From the NCBI GenBank assembly GCA_963796055.1, contig CAWCKH010000003.1, forward strand, positions 128,001-192,000: DNA of 64,000 nt. Direction: 5' to 3'. How positions within the stretch are numbered: the stretch's first letter is position 1; each line of letters starts with the position of its first letter. Below the pieces are notes generated by a model that searched no databases, was not told the DNA's origin, and saw only the letters and a program-made list of their open reading frames with translations. Source of the stretch: an uncultured delta proteobacterium. Lineage in GTDB: Bacteria > Myxococcota > Myxococcia > Myxococcales > Myxococcaceae. The position numbers and the translations under genes were made by a program. Of the stretch, positions 52,476-60,774 are shown piece by piece.

Positions 52476-53168
52476 TCAGCGTCCCGGTTCGGCGCCGGCT
52501 TCCCCGGGCGGTCCCTGCCGGGGAGCGGTCTCCCGCGTGCCGGCGTCGACGAGCCGGCCTCCCGTCTGTGCCTCCACCAGGTCCGGCGGCGGCCGGCGGT
52601 CGAGCAGGACGAAATCGGCGTAGTCCGCCTCGCTCGGTGACTTCGTCGCATCGCCGTCGGTCAGCACCGCGAGTCCGACCATGTCCGGCACGTCCTCCAG
52701 CCGTCCCCCGTAGTAGCGCACGAAGTCCCGCCGGGGATCGACCGTCTCGGTGTGCCAGGTGTCGAGCGCGCCTCCGCTCCGGAGCACCACCTCGCGCTTG
52801 GCGAAGAACAGGTTGTTGGCCAGCTCGCAGCTGCGGTTGGCCGGGCCCCCCGAGTTCCAGACGTACTTGATGACCATGACCTTCAGCCCGGCCTTGAAGG
52901 TGGCGAAGACGCCCGCGGCCGCATCGCCCACCTCGGGGTTGCAGTCGTCGCCCCCCTTCGGAAAGGCGAGCACGCGCCACCGCCAGCGCACCCCGGCCAG
53001 CGTGGTGCGGAGGGCCTCCGGCACCTCGATGCCCCGGACGACGGTGTCCAGCGGCGGGTGGTAGCGCGCAGCGAGGAACGGACCGTCGGGCCCGGTCTCG
53101 ACCCGGTAGTAGTCGACGGGCCCGGAGCTCTGCTTCACCACCTGGAAGGCGCGGATGTCGAGCGGCAT
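52476..53168 (-). CDS. DUF3047-like exported protein (start uncertain)
   Basis: RWRWRV..FP.GGD, IKYVW, VVLRSG...W.TE.VD..RDF, LTDGD.T; an in-frame signal-like stretch NLLSVLFSVALSA lies upstream of ATG 53168. Confidence 0.7.
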   Translation of the reverse strand: MPLDIRAFQVVKQSSGPVDYYRVETGPDGPFLAARYHPPLDTVVRGIEVPEALRTTLAGVRWRWRVLAFPKGGDDCNPEVGDAAAGVFATFKAGLKVMVIKYVWNSGGPANRSCELANNLFFAKREVVLRSGGALDTWHTETVDPRRDFVRYYGGRLEDVPDMVGLAVLTDGDATKSPSEADYADFVLLDRRPPPDLVEAQTGGRLVDAGTRETAPRQGPPGEAGAEPGR

Positions 53169-53358
53169 GCCTTCGCCCGGTGAGGCGGAGAGCGCGACGC
53201 TGAACAGGACGGAGAGCAGGTTCTCACTCCTCGAGACGCCCCGGCCAGGCGGCCTGCACGCAAGCCTAGCAATGCCGCCTGCCCGGGCGAGATTCCGGGA
53301 GGGACTTCCGTGGGCTGGTCGGTCGTGGTACGCCCCGCGGCCCGGCAATGCCGGCAGA

Positions 53359-53432
53359 GGCTAGGTAGCTCAACTGGTTAGAGCGGCGGTCTCATAATCC
53401 GCAGGTTCCCGGTTCGATTCCGGGCCTAGCCA
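53359..53432 (+). tRNA. tRNA-Met(CAT), most likely elongator
   Basis: Cloverleaf: GGCTAGG/CCTAGCC acceptor, GCTC/GAGC D-arm, CTCATAA loop (CAT at 53393-53395), CCCGG-TTCGATT-CCGGG T-arm; G1-C72 paired and no three consecutive GC anticodon pairs, so not initiator; CCA not encoded. Confidence 0.95.
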
Positions 53433-53479
53433 CTCCCCCCACCACAGCCCCGTGCTCGCGGGCGGTAGCGCCCAGCGTT

Positions 53480-53825
53480 TCACTCTGGCGAGCGTGGCCG
53501 CGTCCGTGTGCCCTCCCCCGTCCCAGTCGTCGCTCCAGGTATGCGTGAGCAGCCAGGGCGGGTCGAGCTCCAGGACCTCGCCCTGCACCGTGAACGGACG
53601 ACCATCCGCGGAGACGCCCTCGCTTCGCCACTTCCCACCGACCCGGAGGTCCATCTGCCAGCGGCGGACCTGGTAGGTCTCCGCCGAGCCCCACCACTCG
53701 ATGACCTCCGGCGTGCTGAGCGCGGCGAAGAGGCGCTCCGGCGAGACGGCGATCTCCACCGTGGCGACGATGCTGCCCGCGGCGGGATCGGCGAGGGCCC
53801 GCGCCGCTCCCCGCGACCGGCTCAT
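53480..53825 (-). pseudogene. Truncated SRPBCC/AHSA1-family protein
   Basis: SPERLFAAL...WWG...DLRVGGKWR...GEVLELDPP.LL..TW, then loses the C-terminal strands and helix and runs antisense into the tRNA. Confidence 0.65.
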
Positions 53826-54145
53826 CCTCCGGTCTCCAAATGCTTCCGGAGCGCGTTCAGGTTCGTGACCCAGAACGCGCGGTAGCCCTCCACCCAGCCG
53901 GAGACGCGCTGCAGCGGCATCGGGTCCAGCGCGTAGATCCGCTCGCGGCCGCGCCGCTGCTCCCGCACCAGACGTGCCTTGCGCAGCACGCCCAGGTGCT
54001 TGGAGATGGCAGGCCGGCTCTGGGTGAACTCGGCAGCGAGGGCGTTCACCGGTGCGGCCCCACCGCGCAGCCGGTCGAGGAGTGCCCGGCGGGTCGGATT
54101 GGCGATGGCCCGGAAGACGTCGGAGTGGGCGCGGATTCGACTCAT
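53822..54145 (-). CDS. ArsR/SmtB-family transcriptional regulator
   Basis: VFRAIANPTRRALL..L, SRPAISKHL.VL..A.LV...RRGRER.Y.L. Confidence 0.92.
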   Translation of the reverse strand: MSRIRAHSDVFRAIANPTRRALLDRLRGGAAPVNALAAEFTQSRPAISKHLGVLRKARLVREQRRGRERIYALDPMPLQRVSGWVEGYRAFWVTNLNALRKHLETGG

Positions 54146-54237
54146 GGTGCCGACAGGTTACGAATCAAGAAGCTTCAGATCCAGCCCTTCATGGCAAAGC
54201 CGCTTGACGATGGGTATATATGTACCCTATTGGTTAC
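54146..54237. promoter_or_regulatory. Divergent promoter region with two candidate operator dyads
   Basis: GGTGCC-N4-GGTTAC (54146-54161) and GTACCC-N4-GGTTAC (54222-54237); TTGACG at 54204; locally AT-rich. Confidence 0.5.
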
Positions 54238-54282
54238 CTATACCGGGCCGGCAGCTCGTGGACGCGGAAGGAGAGAGCCTGC

Positions 54283-54729
54283 ATGCCATCACCCATCGAG
54301 ATCCGAAGCGAGGTGTACGTCGCTGCCCTGCCCGAGGTCGTCTGGCGCGCGATCGTCGACCCGGAGATGACCCGGGCGTACGTGTACGGGACGCGATTCC
54401 GGAGCACGCTCGTCGCCGGGGCTCCGTACACGTACGTCGGCGAGGGGGACCGGATCGCCGTCTCCGGGACCGTTCTGGCCTGCGAGGTGTATCGCCGGCT
54501 GGTCATGACCTGGACGGCGCACTGGGACCCCTCGGTCGAGGCAGATCCGCCCTCCCGCGTCACCTGGGAGCTCGAGGCGGCTGGGCCGGCGACGACCCGG
54601 GTCCGCGTCGTCCACGGCGGATTCGAGACGCGGACGCCCACCTACGTCAGCTCTGTCGACGCCTGGCCCTTCCTGCTCTCGTCCCTCAAGAGCCTGGTCG
54701 AGACCGGCCGCGCGTTGCAGGCGGCATGA
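54283..54729 (+). CDS. SRPBCC/AHSA1-family protein
   Basis: VYVAA.PE.VW.AI.DP, RRLVMTW, SRVTWELE...TRV.VVH.GF, WP.LLSSLKSL.ETG. Confidence 0.88.
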   Translation: MPSPIEIRSEVYVAALPEVVWRAIVDPEMTRAYVYGTRFRSTLVAGAPYTYVGEGDRIAVSGTVLACEVYRRLVMTWTAHWDPSVEADPPSRVTWELEAAGPATTRVRVVHGGFETRTPTYVSSVDAWPFLLSSLKSLVETGRALQAA

Positions 54730-54825
54730 CCGTCCGGCTGCCGCTTAGTTGACAACCCGTCCAGACGGGCGAACCTCGGAGGACCGACGCGACAGACCTG
54801 TCGCACCGGAGAGGAGCTCGCCCGT

Positions 54826-55038
54826 ATGGAACCCATCCCCACCTCCCCCGAGGCCCCGGCCGCGGCCGAGCAGACCGGGGACCCGGACGCCAGCTTCACC
54901 GTCAGCACGCACGTCCTCGTCCCGGAGGAGGACGTGAGGCGGTTGAGGGCGCTCTCCGCCCGCACCCGGGTGGCCCAGAGCGACTACCTCCGCGAGGCGG
55001 TGGAGGACCTCCTCAAGAAATACGGTGTGGAGCCATGA
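54826..55038 (+). CDS. Small ribbon-helix-helix DNA-binding protein
   Basis: VSTHVLVPEE....L.ALS.RTRVAQSDYLREAVEDLLKKY; GAGGAG RBS. Confidence 0.82.
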   Translation: MEPIPTSPEAPAAAEQTGDPDASFTVSTHVLVPEEDVRRLRALSARTRVAQSDYLREAVEDLLKKYGVEP

Positions 55039-55187
55039 CACCCCCGCCGACCGACCACGTCCGAGAGTCGCCGCCCCTGCCCGGCGCGCCCAGGACCCGT
55101 CCGGTGCTGCGCCCCGAGTCCCCTGCCCCGTCGCGCCCCGAAGGCATCGTCCAGGCGATCCAGGCCTGGCTCGACGCACAGCTGTAG
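55035..55187 (+). CDS. Small hypothetical protein (50 aa), below the ORF-track size cutoff
   Basis: ATGA overlap with the RHH gene; MTPPPTDHVRESPPLPGAPRTRPVLRPESPAPSRPEGIVQAIQAWLDAQL. Confidence 0.55.
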   Translation: MTPPPTDHVRESPPLPGAPRTRPVLRPESPAPSRPEGIVQAIQAWLDAQL

Positions 55188-55196
55188 GGCATCGCT

Positions 55197-55639
55197 GACT
55201 GCGGCCGCCCTGACTACTCGACTGCGGCCGCCCGGACCTCGCCGACTGCAGCCCACCTGACGACACCCTGACCCGGACCTCGACTGCGGCCGCCCTGACT
55301 ACTCGACTGCGGCCGCCCGGACCTCGCCGACTGCAGCCCACCTGACGACACCCTGACCCGGACCTCGACTGCGGCCGCCCTGACTACTCGACTGCGGCCG
55401 CCCGGACCTCGCCGACTGCAGCCCACCTGACGACACCCTGACCCGGACCTCGACTGCGGCCGCCCTGACTACTCGACTGCGGCCGCCCGGACCTCGCCGA
55501 CTGCAGCCCACCTGACGACACCCTGACCCGGACCTCGACTGCGGCCGCCCTGACTACTCGACTGCGGCCGCCCGGACCTCGCCGACTGCAGCCCACCTGA
55601 CGACACCCTGACCCGGACCTCGACTGCGGCCGCCCTGAC
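55197..55639. repeat. Perfect tandem repeat: five 85-bp units plus an 18-bp partial unit
   Basis: Identical units start at 55197, 55282, 55367, 55452 and 55537, with the partial unit at 55622; each contains two GACTGCGGCCGCCC sub-repeats and one GACTGCAGCCCACC variant. Confidence 0.97.
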
Positions 55640-56668
55640 CTAGCTTGCGGTGGAGGCGGCGTTCTCCTCCTGCTCCAGCCTCCCGGCGAGGTCGCGGAAG
55701 GACAGCTGGTCCAGCGAGAGGAAGAGGAGCCCGAGGCCGATCTGCTGCGCGGTCTGGCACAGCCAGAGCACGTTGGCGTAGGCGAGGCCCGGGCCGTTCA
55801 CCACTGCCGCCGGCAGGAACATCGACAGCCCGAGCTTCACTGCAGCCTGGAAGGTGCCGACCATTCCGGGCGCAGCGGGGATCATCACCCCCACCACCAC
55901 CAGGCACATCACCACGTAGCTCTGGACGAGCCAGAGCTGGAAGGGGAAGGCCCGCATCAGCACCCACATCCCGAAGCCGTTCAGGCTCCAGTAGAGCATC
56001 GTCCAGCCGAGGAATGCCGCCAGCTCGGACGGACGGTGGCGCTGCTTCAGCGCGCCCACGAAGCTGTCCACGATGTCCGAGGCGCGCTCGGCCAGCCGGG
56101 GCGACAGCCGTCCCACGGTTCCGCGGACCAGCGCCACCGCCCGGTCGTGGTGCCAGGCGGCGAAGAGCAGGAAGACGAACCCACCGAAGAAGATGGCGAA
56201 CATCGCGTTGGCCCCGTAGCGGGCCAGGCGCACCGGCGTGGCGTCCCCGTGCACGAAGAACAGCAACCCGCGGAGGAGGAGCGAGACGAACACCCCGTCG
56301 GCGATGCGCTCCAGCACCACGCTGGTCATCGCCGCGCTCCGGCGGATCGAGCTGCGCTGGGCGATGAGGAAGGGGCGGGCGAACTCGCCGAGACGGAAGG
56401 GCAGCACCAGCAGCATCATGAAGCCGATGGCGCTGGCGTCGTTCAGGGCCCGGAACCGCACCCGCTCCTGCGAGGCCAGCAGCGCGCCCCAGCGCGCCGT
56501 CCGGCACAGGTGGATGAGCAGGAGAATCGCCAGGTAGGGGAGCACCCAGACGTAGCTCGCCGCGCGGAGGCTCGCCCACTGCTCCGCCCAGTGGGTGTCG
56601 CGGAACGCCCACCAGCCGAACACCAGGGTCACGGCCAGGCTGGCCAGCAGCTTGAGAAGACGCTTCAC
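55640..56668 (-). CDS. Lysylphosphatidylglycerol-synthase TM-domain (UPF0104/flippase-like) protein
   Basis: Multi-TM; RTARW..LL, LP.RLGEFAR, SVVLERIADG, IPAAPG.VG.FQ. Confidence 0.88.
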   Translation of the reverse strand: MKRLLKLLASLAVTLVFGWWAFRDTHWAEQWASLRAASYVWVLPYLAILLLIHLCRTARWGALLASQERVRFRALNDASAIGFMMLLVLPFRLGEFARPFLIAQRSSIRRSAAMTSVVLERIADGVFVSLLLRGLLFFVHGDATPVRLARYGANAMFAIFFGGFVFLLFAAWHHDRAVALVRGTVGRLSPRLAERASDIVDSFVGALKQRHRPSELAAFLGWTMLYWSLNGFGMWVLMRAFPFQLWLVQSYVVMCLVVVGVMIPAAPGMVGTFQAAVKLGLSMFLPAAVVNGPGLAYANVLWLCQTAQQIGLGLLFLSLDQLSFRDLAGRLEQEENAASTAS

Positions 56669-57423
56669 GGGGTGCCGCCGTCTACCCCACCCGCCTCGGC
56701 CATTTCCACCGCCTCGCCACCGAGCACCCGGGCCGGGGCGTCGCGGAACAGACGCTGGACCGCTGCCTCCCCGGCGCAGGCCCGAAGCTCGGCCAGCGCA
56801 CGTTCCACCCACCGCCGCGCCTCGGCGGGCGCGTGCAGGTCGGTCGCCACCACCGCGTACAGGCCCTCGTCGAGGAGGGTTCGCGCGGTGCGCCGGGCGA
56901 CCGGGCCGTAGCGCCCGCTGAGCGCGCCGACGTCGAGCTGCAGCCGGGCGCCCAGCGCCACCACCTCGGCCGCGCGTCCGGGGCGCTGCAGCTCGAGGCA
57001 GCGCTCGGGGTGCGCCAGCAGCGGGATGACCCCCTTGCGCATCATCTGGAACACCAGGGTGGGCAAGGCCGGGACGGGGGCGGCGTAGGGGAGCTCCACC
57101 AGCACGTACGGCCCGTGGTGCACCAGCCGCGCCGCCGGCGTCCCCAGCGATTCGAGGAATCCGTCCTCGACCAGAGCGTTCTCCGCCCCCAGCGCGAGCG
57201 TGAGGGGGACGGAGGCGTCGGCCAGCGCGGTCCGCAGCTCGGCCAGCCGCTCGAGGCAGACCTCCGCCGGCGCGCAGCCGGACCGCGCGTGCGGGCTGAC
57301 CGCCACGGTGGACACGCCCACGTCCACCAGGGCCCGGGCCATCTCCAGGGCGTCCTCGGGCGTGCGCGCGCCGTCATCCACTCCAGGGAGCAGGTGACAG
57401 TGGAGGTCGACGAAGCCGCTCAT
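56665..57423 (-). CDS. PHP-family CpsB/CapC tyrosine-protein phosphatase
   Basis: VDLHCHLLPGVDDGA, SPH, GAEN, LAHPER, VATDLH. Confidence 0.9.
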   Translation of the reverse strand: MSGFVDLHCHLLPGVDDGARTPEDALEMARALVDVGVSTVAVSPHARSGCAPAEVCLERLAELRTALADASVPLTLALGAENALVEDGFLESLGTPAARLVHHGPYVLVELPYAAPVPALPTLVFQMMRKGVIPLLAHPERCLELQRPGRAAEVVALGARLQLDVGALSGRYGPVARRTARTLLDEGLYAVVATDLHAPAEARRWVERALAELRACAGEAAVQRLFRDAPARVLGGEAVEMAEAGGVDGGTP

Positions 57424-57617
57424 CCGTCCTTCGTCTCGTCGGGGGACGGGGGCTGCTCGTCGCCCTCCGCCGGCGTCGACGGGACCCGGTACTCCTCGCC
57501 GAACCAGCGGCCGAGGTCGATGCGCCGGCAGCGGTCGGAGCAGAACGGGAAGACGGGATTCCTCCCGCGCGGCGCCGCGGGCTTCTTGCACACGGGACAG
57601 GGGGTGAGGCGCTCCAC
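57420..57617 (-). CDS. yacG: DNA gyrase inhibitor YacG
   Basis: CPVC...PFCSDRCRRIDLGRW..E.YRVP. Confidence 0.92.
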   Translation of the reverse strand: MERLTPCPVCKKPAAPRGRNPVFPFCSDRCRRIDLGRWFGEEYRVPSTPAEGDEQPPSPDETKDG

Positions 57618-57630
57618 GGACGCTGCAGTT

Positions 57631-58692
57631 CTAAGGCCGCCGGGCCCCGGGTTCCAGCGCGCCGCCCTGCCCGGCCTTCCGCAGGCGGGCTGCCCGGCGG
57701 CGCGGCAACAGCGAGCGTCCCTGCAGGGCCAGCAGCCCCACCCCGGCCACCACCATCGGGAGGAGGAGGCTCACGTGGTACAGCAGGACGAAAGCGAACG
57801 CCCGGTCGTGCGGCACGCCCGCCGCGGCCAGGGCGGCCGCCCCGGCGGCCTCGAACGAGCCCGCCCCGCCCGGCACCGGCACCACCGTGCCGAGGTTGGC
57901 CGCGGTCACCAGGGCGAAGGCCACCATGGGGGACAGGGAGAGATCGAGCGCGCGAGCGGCCACCATGACCACCGGCACCTCCCAGAGCCAGGGGAGCGGC
58001 GCGAGCACCGCCTCGATCACCACCAGGCTCCGGACGTCGTGCGCGGCGAACCCGGAGCGGAGCTTCTGCAGCCAGCGCGGGCCCGGATCGAGGCGGGGCG
58101 ACAGCCGCCGGAGCACCGGGCGATGCGCGATGGCCACCAGGGCCGCCGACCCGAGCACCAGCAGCGCCAGGACGCCGATGGCGTGGAGCAGCCAGGTCGG
58201 GGGCCGCTCCTTCCAGCCGACCAGGCTGACCGCGCAGGTGACGACGAAGGCCAGGAGCCAGCCTTCCTTGTCGCTCCAGTAGTCCAGCAGCTCGGTGCCG
58301 AGCAAGGTCACCCGGCTGAGCCCGGTGCGCTTGCCGAGGTACTGGACCCGGATGAGGTCTCCACCCCGCGCGGGGAGCAGGACGTTGAAGGCCGAGCCGA
58401 CGAGCATCGCCGCGTAGGCCTCGCGGTAGCGGAGCGGGAGCACCGGCCGGACCACCCACCACCAGCGCAGCGCCTGGAGCCCGAGCAGGACGAAGGTGCC
58501 GCCCACCGCGGCGAGCAAGGGAAGCGGACGGGCGCTGCGAAGCGTGCCGAGCAGGTCGCGGAGGCGCAGCCCCATGAGGCGGGCGACGAGCACCGCGCTC
58601 CCGATGCCGAGGACGATGCCCCCCGCGGTCCGGGCGACGGAGACCCAGCGCGGCCGCCGGGGCCCGGGGTCTTCCCTGTCCTCGGCAGGCAT
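57631..58692 (-). CDS. Second lysylphosphatidylglycerol-synthase TM-domain protein
   Basis: Multi-TM; ALRWW, FNVLLPARGGDLIR, PVPGGAGSFEAA. Confidence 0.85.
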   Translation of the reverse strand: MPAEDREDPGPRRPRWVSVARTAGGIVLGIGSAVLVARLMGLRLRDLLGTLRSARPLPLLAAVGGTFVLLGLQALRWWWVVRPVLPLRYREAYAAMLVGSAFNVLLPARGGDLIRVQYLGKRTGLSRVTLLGTELLDYWSDKEGWLLAFVVTCAVSLVGWKERPPTWLLHAIGVLALLVLGSAALVAIAHRPVLRRLSPRLDPGPRWLQKLRSGFAAHDVRSLVVIEAVLAPLPWLWEVPVVMVAARALDLSLSPMVAFALVTAANLGTVVPVPGGAGSFEAAGAAALAAAGVPHDRAFAFVLLYHVSLLLPMVVAGVGLLALQGRSLLPRRRAARLRKAGQGGALEPGARRP

Positions 58693-58753
58693 CGAGCGGG
58701 GAAGGTGGTACGGCCGCCCCGCCCTTGCAATGGTGGCCCCGAGGAGAGCCACC

Positions 58754-59749
58754 ATGCGCGCCGTCCGCATCGAGCAGCCCGGAAGCGCCCGGGGCCTGCG
58801 CCTGGTCGAGGTCGAGGAGCCGGTCCCCGGTCCGGCGGAGATCCTGGTCGACGTCCACGCCACCGCGCTGAACCGGGCGGACTGGCTGCAGATCCTCGGG
58901 AAGTACCCGGTGCCCCCGGGGACGCCAGCGGACCTGCCAGGGATGGAGTACGCGGGCACGGTGCGCACCGCCGGGCCGCGCGCGGTCCGCTTCCGGCCTG
59001 GTGACCGGGTGATGGGGCTGGTCCCCGGTGCGGCCTTCGCCGAGCGCCTCGTCACCCACGAGCGAGAGGCGGTGCCGGTGCCGGAGCCCCTGTCGCTGAC
59101 CGACGCCGCGGCCGTTCCCGAGGCCTTCTTCACCGCGTTCGACGCTCTGGTGCTTCAGGGGCGGCTCGGCGCGGGCGAGCGGGTGCTGGTGCACGCGGTG
59201 GCGAGCGGCGTGGGCACCGCGGCGGTGCAGATCGTCCAGGCGGCGAGCGCCGCGTCGATCGGCACCGCGCGGAGTGCGGGCAAGCTCGAGCGGGCGGCGG
59301 CGGTGGCCCCCTTCACCGCCCTCACCGTGGATCGGGACGCGCCCCGGTTCGCGGAGCGAGTGCTGGAGCTCACCCGCGGCGCAGGGGTCGATCTGGTGCT
59401 CGACCTCGTCGGCGGCCGGTACACGGCGGAGTCGCTGGCCTGTCTGGCCCTCCGCGGCCGGATGGTGCTGGTGGGCACCGTGGACGGAGTGAAGACCGAG
59501 CTCGACCTCCGGCTGGCGCTCGGCAAGCGGGTGCAGATCACCGGCACCGTGCTCCGGGCCCGGCCCCTCGAGGAGAAGGCGGCGCTCGCCCGGGCGGTGG
59601 AGCGGCACGTCCTGCCGCTGTTCGCCCGCGGCCTCTACCGGCCAGTCGTCGACCGGGTCCTAACCGTGGACCAGGTGGCGGAGGCGTTCGAGCATCTGGC
59701 GGCGGACCGGAACGTGGGAAAGATCGTCCTGGCATGGAGCGACCGATGA
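58754..59749 (+). CDS. NAD(P)H:quinone oxidoreductase (PIG3/zeta-crystallin MDR family)
   Basis: LNRAD....GKYP.P, PGMEYAG, VPEAFFTA, LVHAVASGVGTAA, GKIVL. Confidence 0.9.
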   Translation: MRAVRIEQPGSARGLRLVEVEEPVPGPAEILVDVHATALNRADWLQILGKYPVPPGTPADLPGMEYAGTVRTAGPRAVRFRPGDRVMGLVPGAAFAERLVTHEREAVPVPEPLSLTDAAAVPEAFFTAFDALVLQGRLGAGERVLVHAVASGVGTAAVQIVQAASAASIGTARSAGKLERAAAVAPFTALTVDRDAPRFAERVLELTRGAGVDLVLDLVGGRYTAESLACLALRGRMVLVGTVDGVKTELDLRLALGKRVQITGTVLRARPLEEKAALARAVERHVLPLFARGLYRPVVDRVLTVDQVAEAFEHLAADRNVGKIVLAWSDR

Positions 59750-60774
59750 GCTTCGATCCCGGCGCCCCCGGACTTCCTGGGAAGGCGTACGGCCTCCCCC
59801 ACTCCGTCGACGAGGCCCGGGTGGTGCTGGTCCCCGTGCCGTTCGAGGCGACCACCAGCTACGGGGGCGGGGCGGCGGAAGGACCCGCGGCGGTGCTCCG
59901 GGCCTCTGCGCAGGTGGACCTCTTTGACCTCGAGACCGGCCGCCCGTACGTGGATGGCATCGCCATGCTTCCCGAGGATGGCCGGGTCAGAGGCTGGAAC
60001 GACGAGGCCAAGCGGCTCGCCGGGCCGATCATCGAGGCCGGCGGCGCGTCCGCCTCGGACGCGGGCCTTACCAGGGTGAACGCTCTGTGCGAGGAGCTCA
60101 ATGCCTGGCTGGAGCGCACCGTGGCCAGGCTCATCGCCGACGGGAAGCTGGTGGCCACGGTGGGCGGCGACCACGGAAGCGTCTACGGCGCAATCGCCGC
60201 CCACGCGCACGCGTATCCGGGCATGGGCATCCTCCACCTGGACGCGCACGCCGACCTCCGGGATGCGTACGAGGGCTTCATCTGGTCGCACGCCTCCATC
60301 TTCTACAACGTGGTGCACAGGCTTCCGGAGGTCTCTCGGCTGGTGCAGGTGGGCCTGCGCGACGTCTCCGAGGACGAGTTCCGGCTGGCCGACGCCTCGG
60401 GAGGCCGCATCGTCCTCCACACCGACCCCGAGCTGAAGCGCCGGGCCTTCGACGGCGAGCCCTGGGCGCGGCAGGTGGAGCGGATGGTCGAGCGCCTTCC
60501 GGAGCAGGTCTACCTCTCCTTCGACGTCGACGGGCTCGACCCGACCCTGTGCCCGCACACCGGGACCCCGGTGCCCGGGGGGCTCTCCTTCCCCGAGGCC
60601 ACCGCGCTCGTCGCCGGGGTGGTGCGCTCGGGGCGGCGGATCATCGGCATGGACCTGGACGAGGTGGCCCCCGGCCCCGAGGGCGACGAGTGGGACGGGA
60701 ACGTGGGGGCCCGACTGCTCTACAAGATGATCGGCTGGGCGCTCCGATCCCAGCGCGGAGGGGAAGGACGCTGA
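59746..60774 (+). CDS. Agmatinase/ureohydrolase family protein
   Basis: TTSYGGG...GP, GGDH, HLDAHADL, SFDVDGLDP, TGTPVPGG. Confidence 0.9.
   Translation: MSFDPGAPGLPGKAYGLPHSVDEARVVLVPVPFEATTSYGGGAAEGPAAVLRASAQVDLFDLETGRPYVDGIAMLPEDGRVRGWNDEAKRLAGPIIEAGGASASDAGLTRVNALCEELNAWLERTVARLIADGKLVATVGGDHGSVYGAIAAHAHAYPGMGILHLDAHADLRDAYEGFIWSHASIFYNVVHRLPEVSRLVQVGLRDVSEDEFRLADASGGRIVLHTDPELKRRAFDGEPWARQVERMVERLPEQVYLSFDVDGLDPTLCPHTGTPVPGGLSFPEATALVAGVVRSGRRIIGMDLDEVAPGPEGDEWDGNVGARLLYKMIGWALRSQRGGEGR

Noticed and set aside
53359..53432. tRNA-Ile2 (lysidine, CAT) or initiator tRNA
   Set aside because: The acceptor stem has T4/A5 rather than the C4/C5 TilS determinants known from E. coli, and G1-C72 is paired; it fits elongator Met better. 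The nearby tilS is not evidence.
53433..55200. Prophage or integrative element at the tRNA
   Set aside because: No integrase, phage gene or duplicated tRNA 3' end was seen in the window.
55214..55596. Three identical 70-aa minus-strand ORFs (MGCSRRGPGG...)
   Set aside because: By-products of the 85-bp repeat; the period is not a multiple of 3 and there is no RBS.
55197..55639. CRISPR array
   Set aside because: The units are fully identical with no unique spacers, and there are no cas genes.
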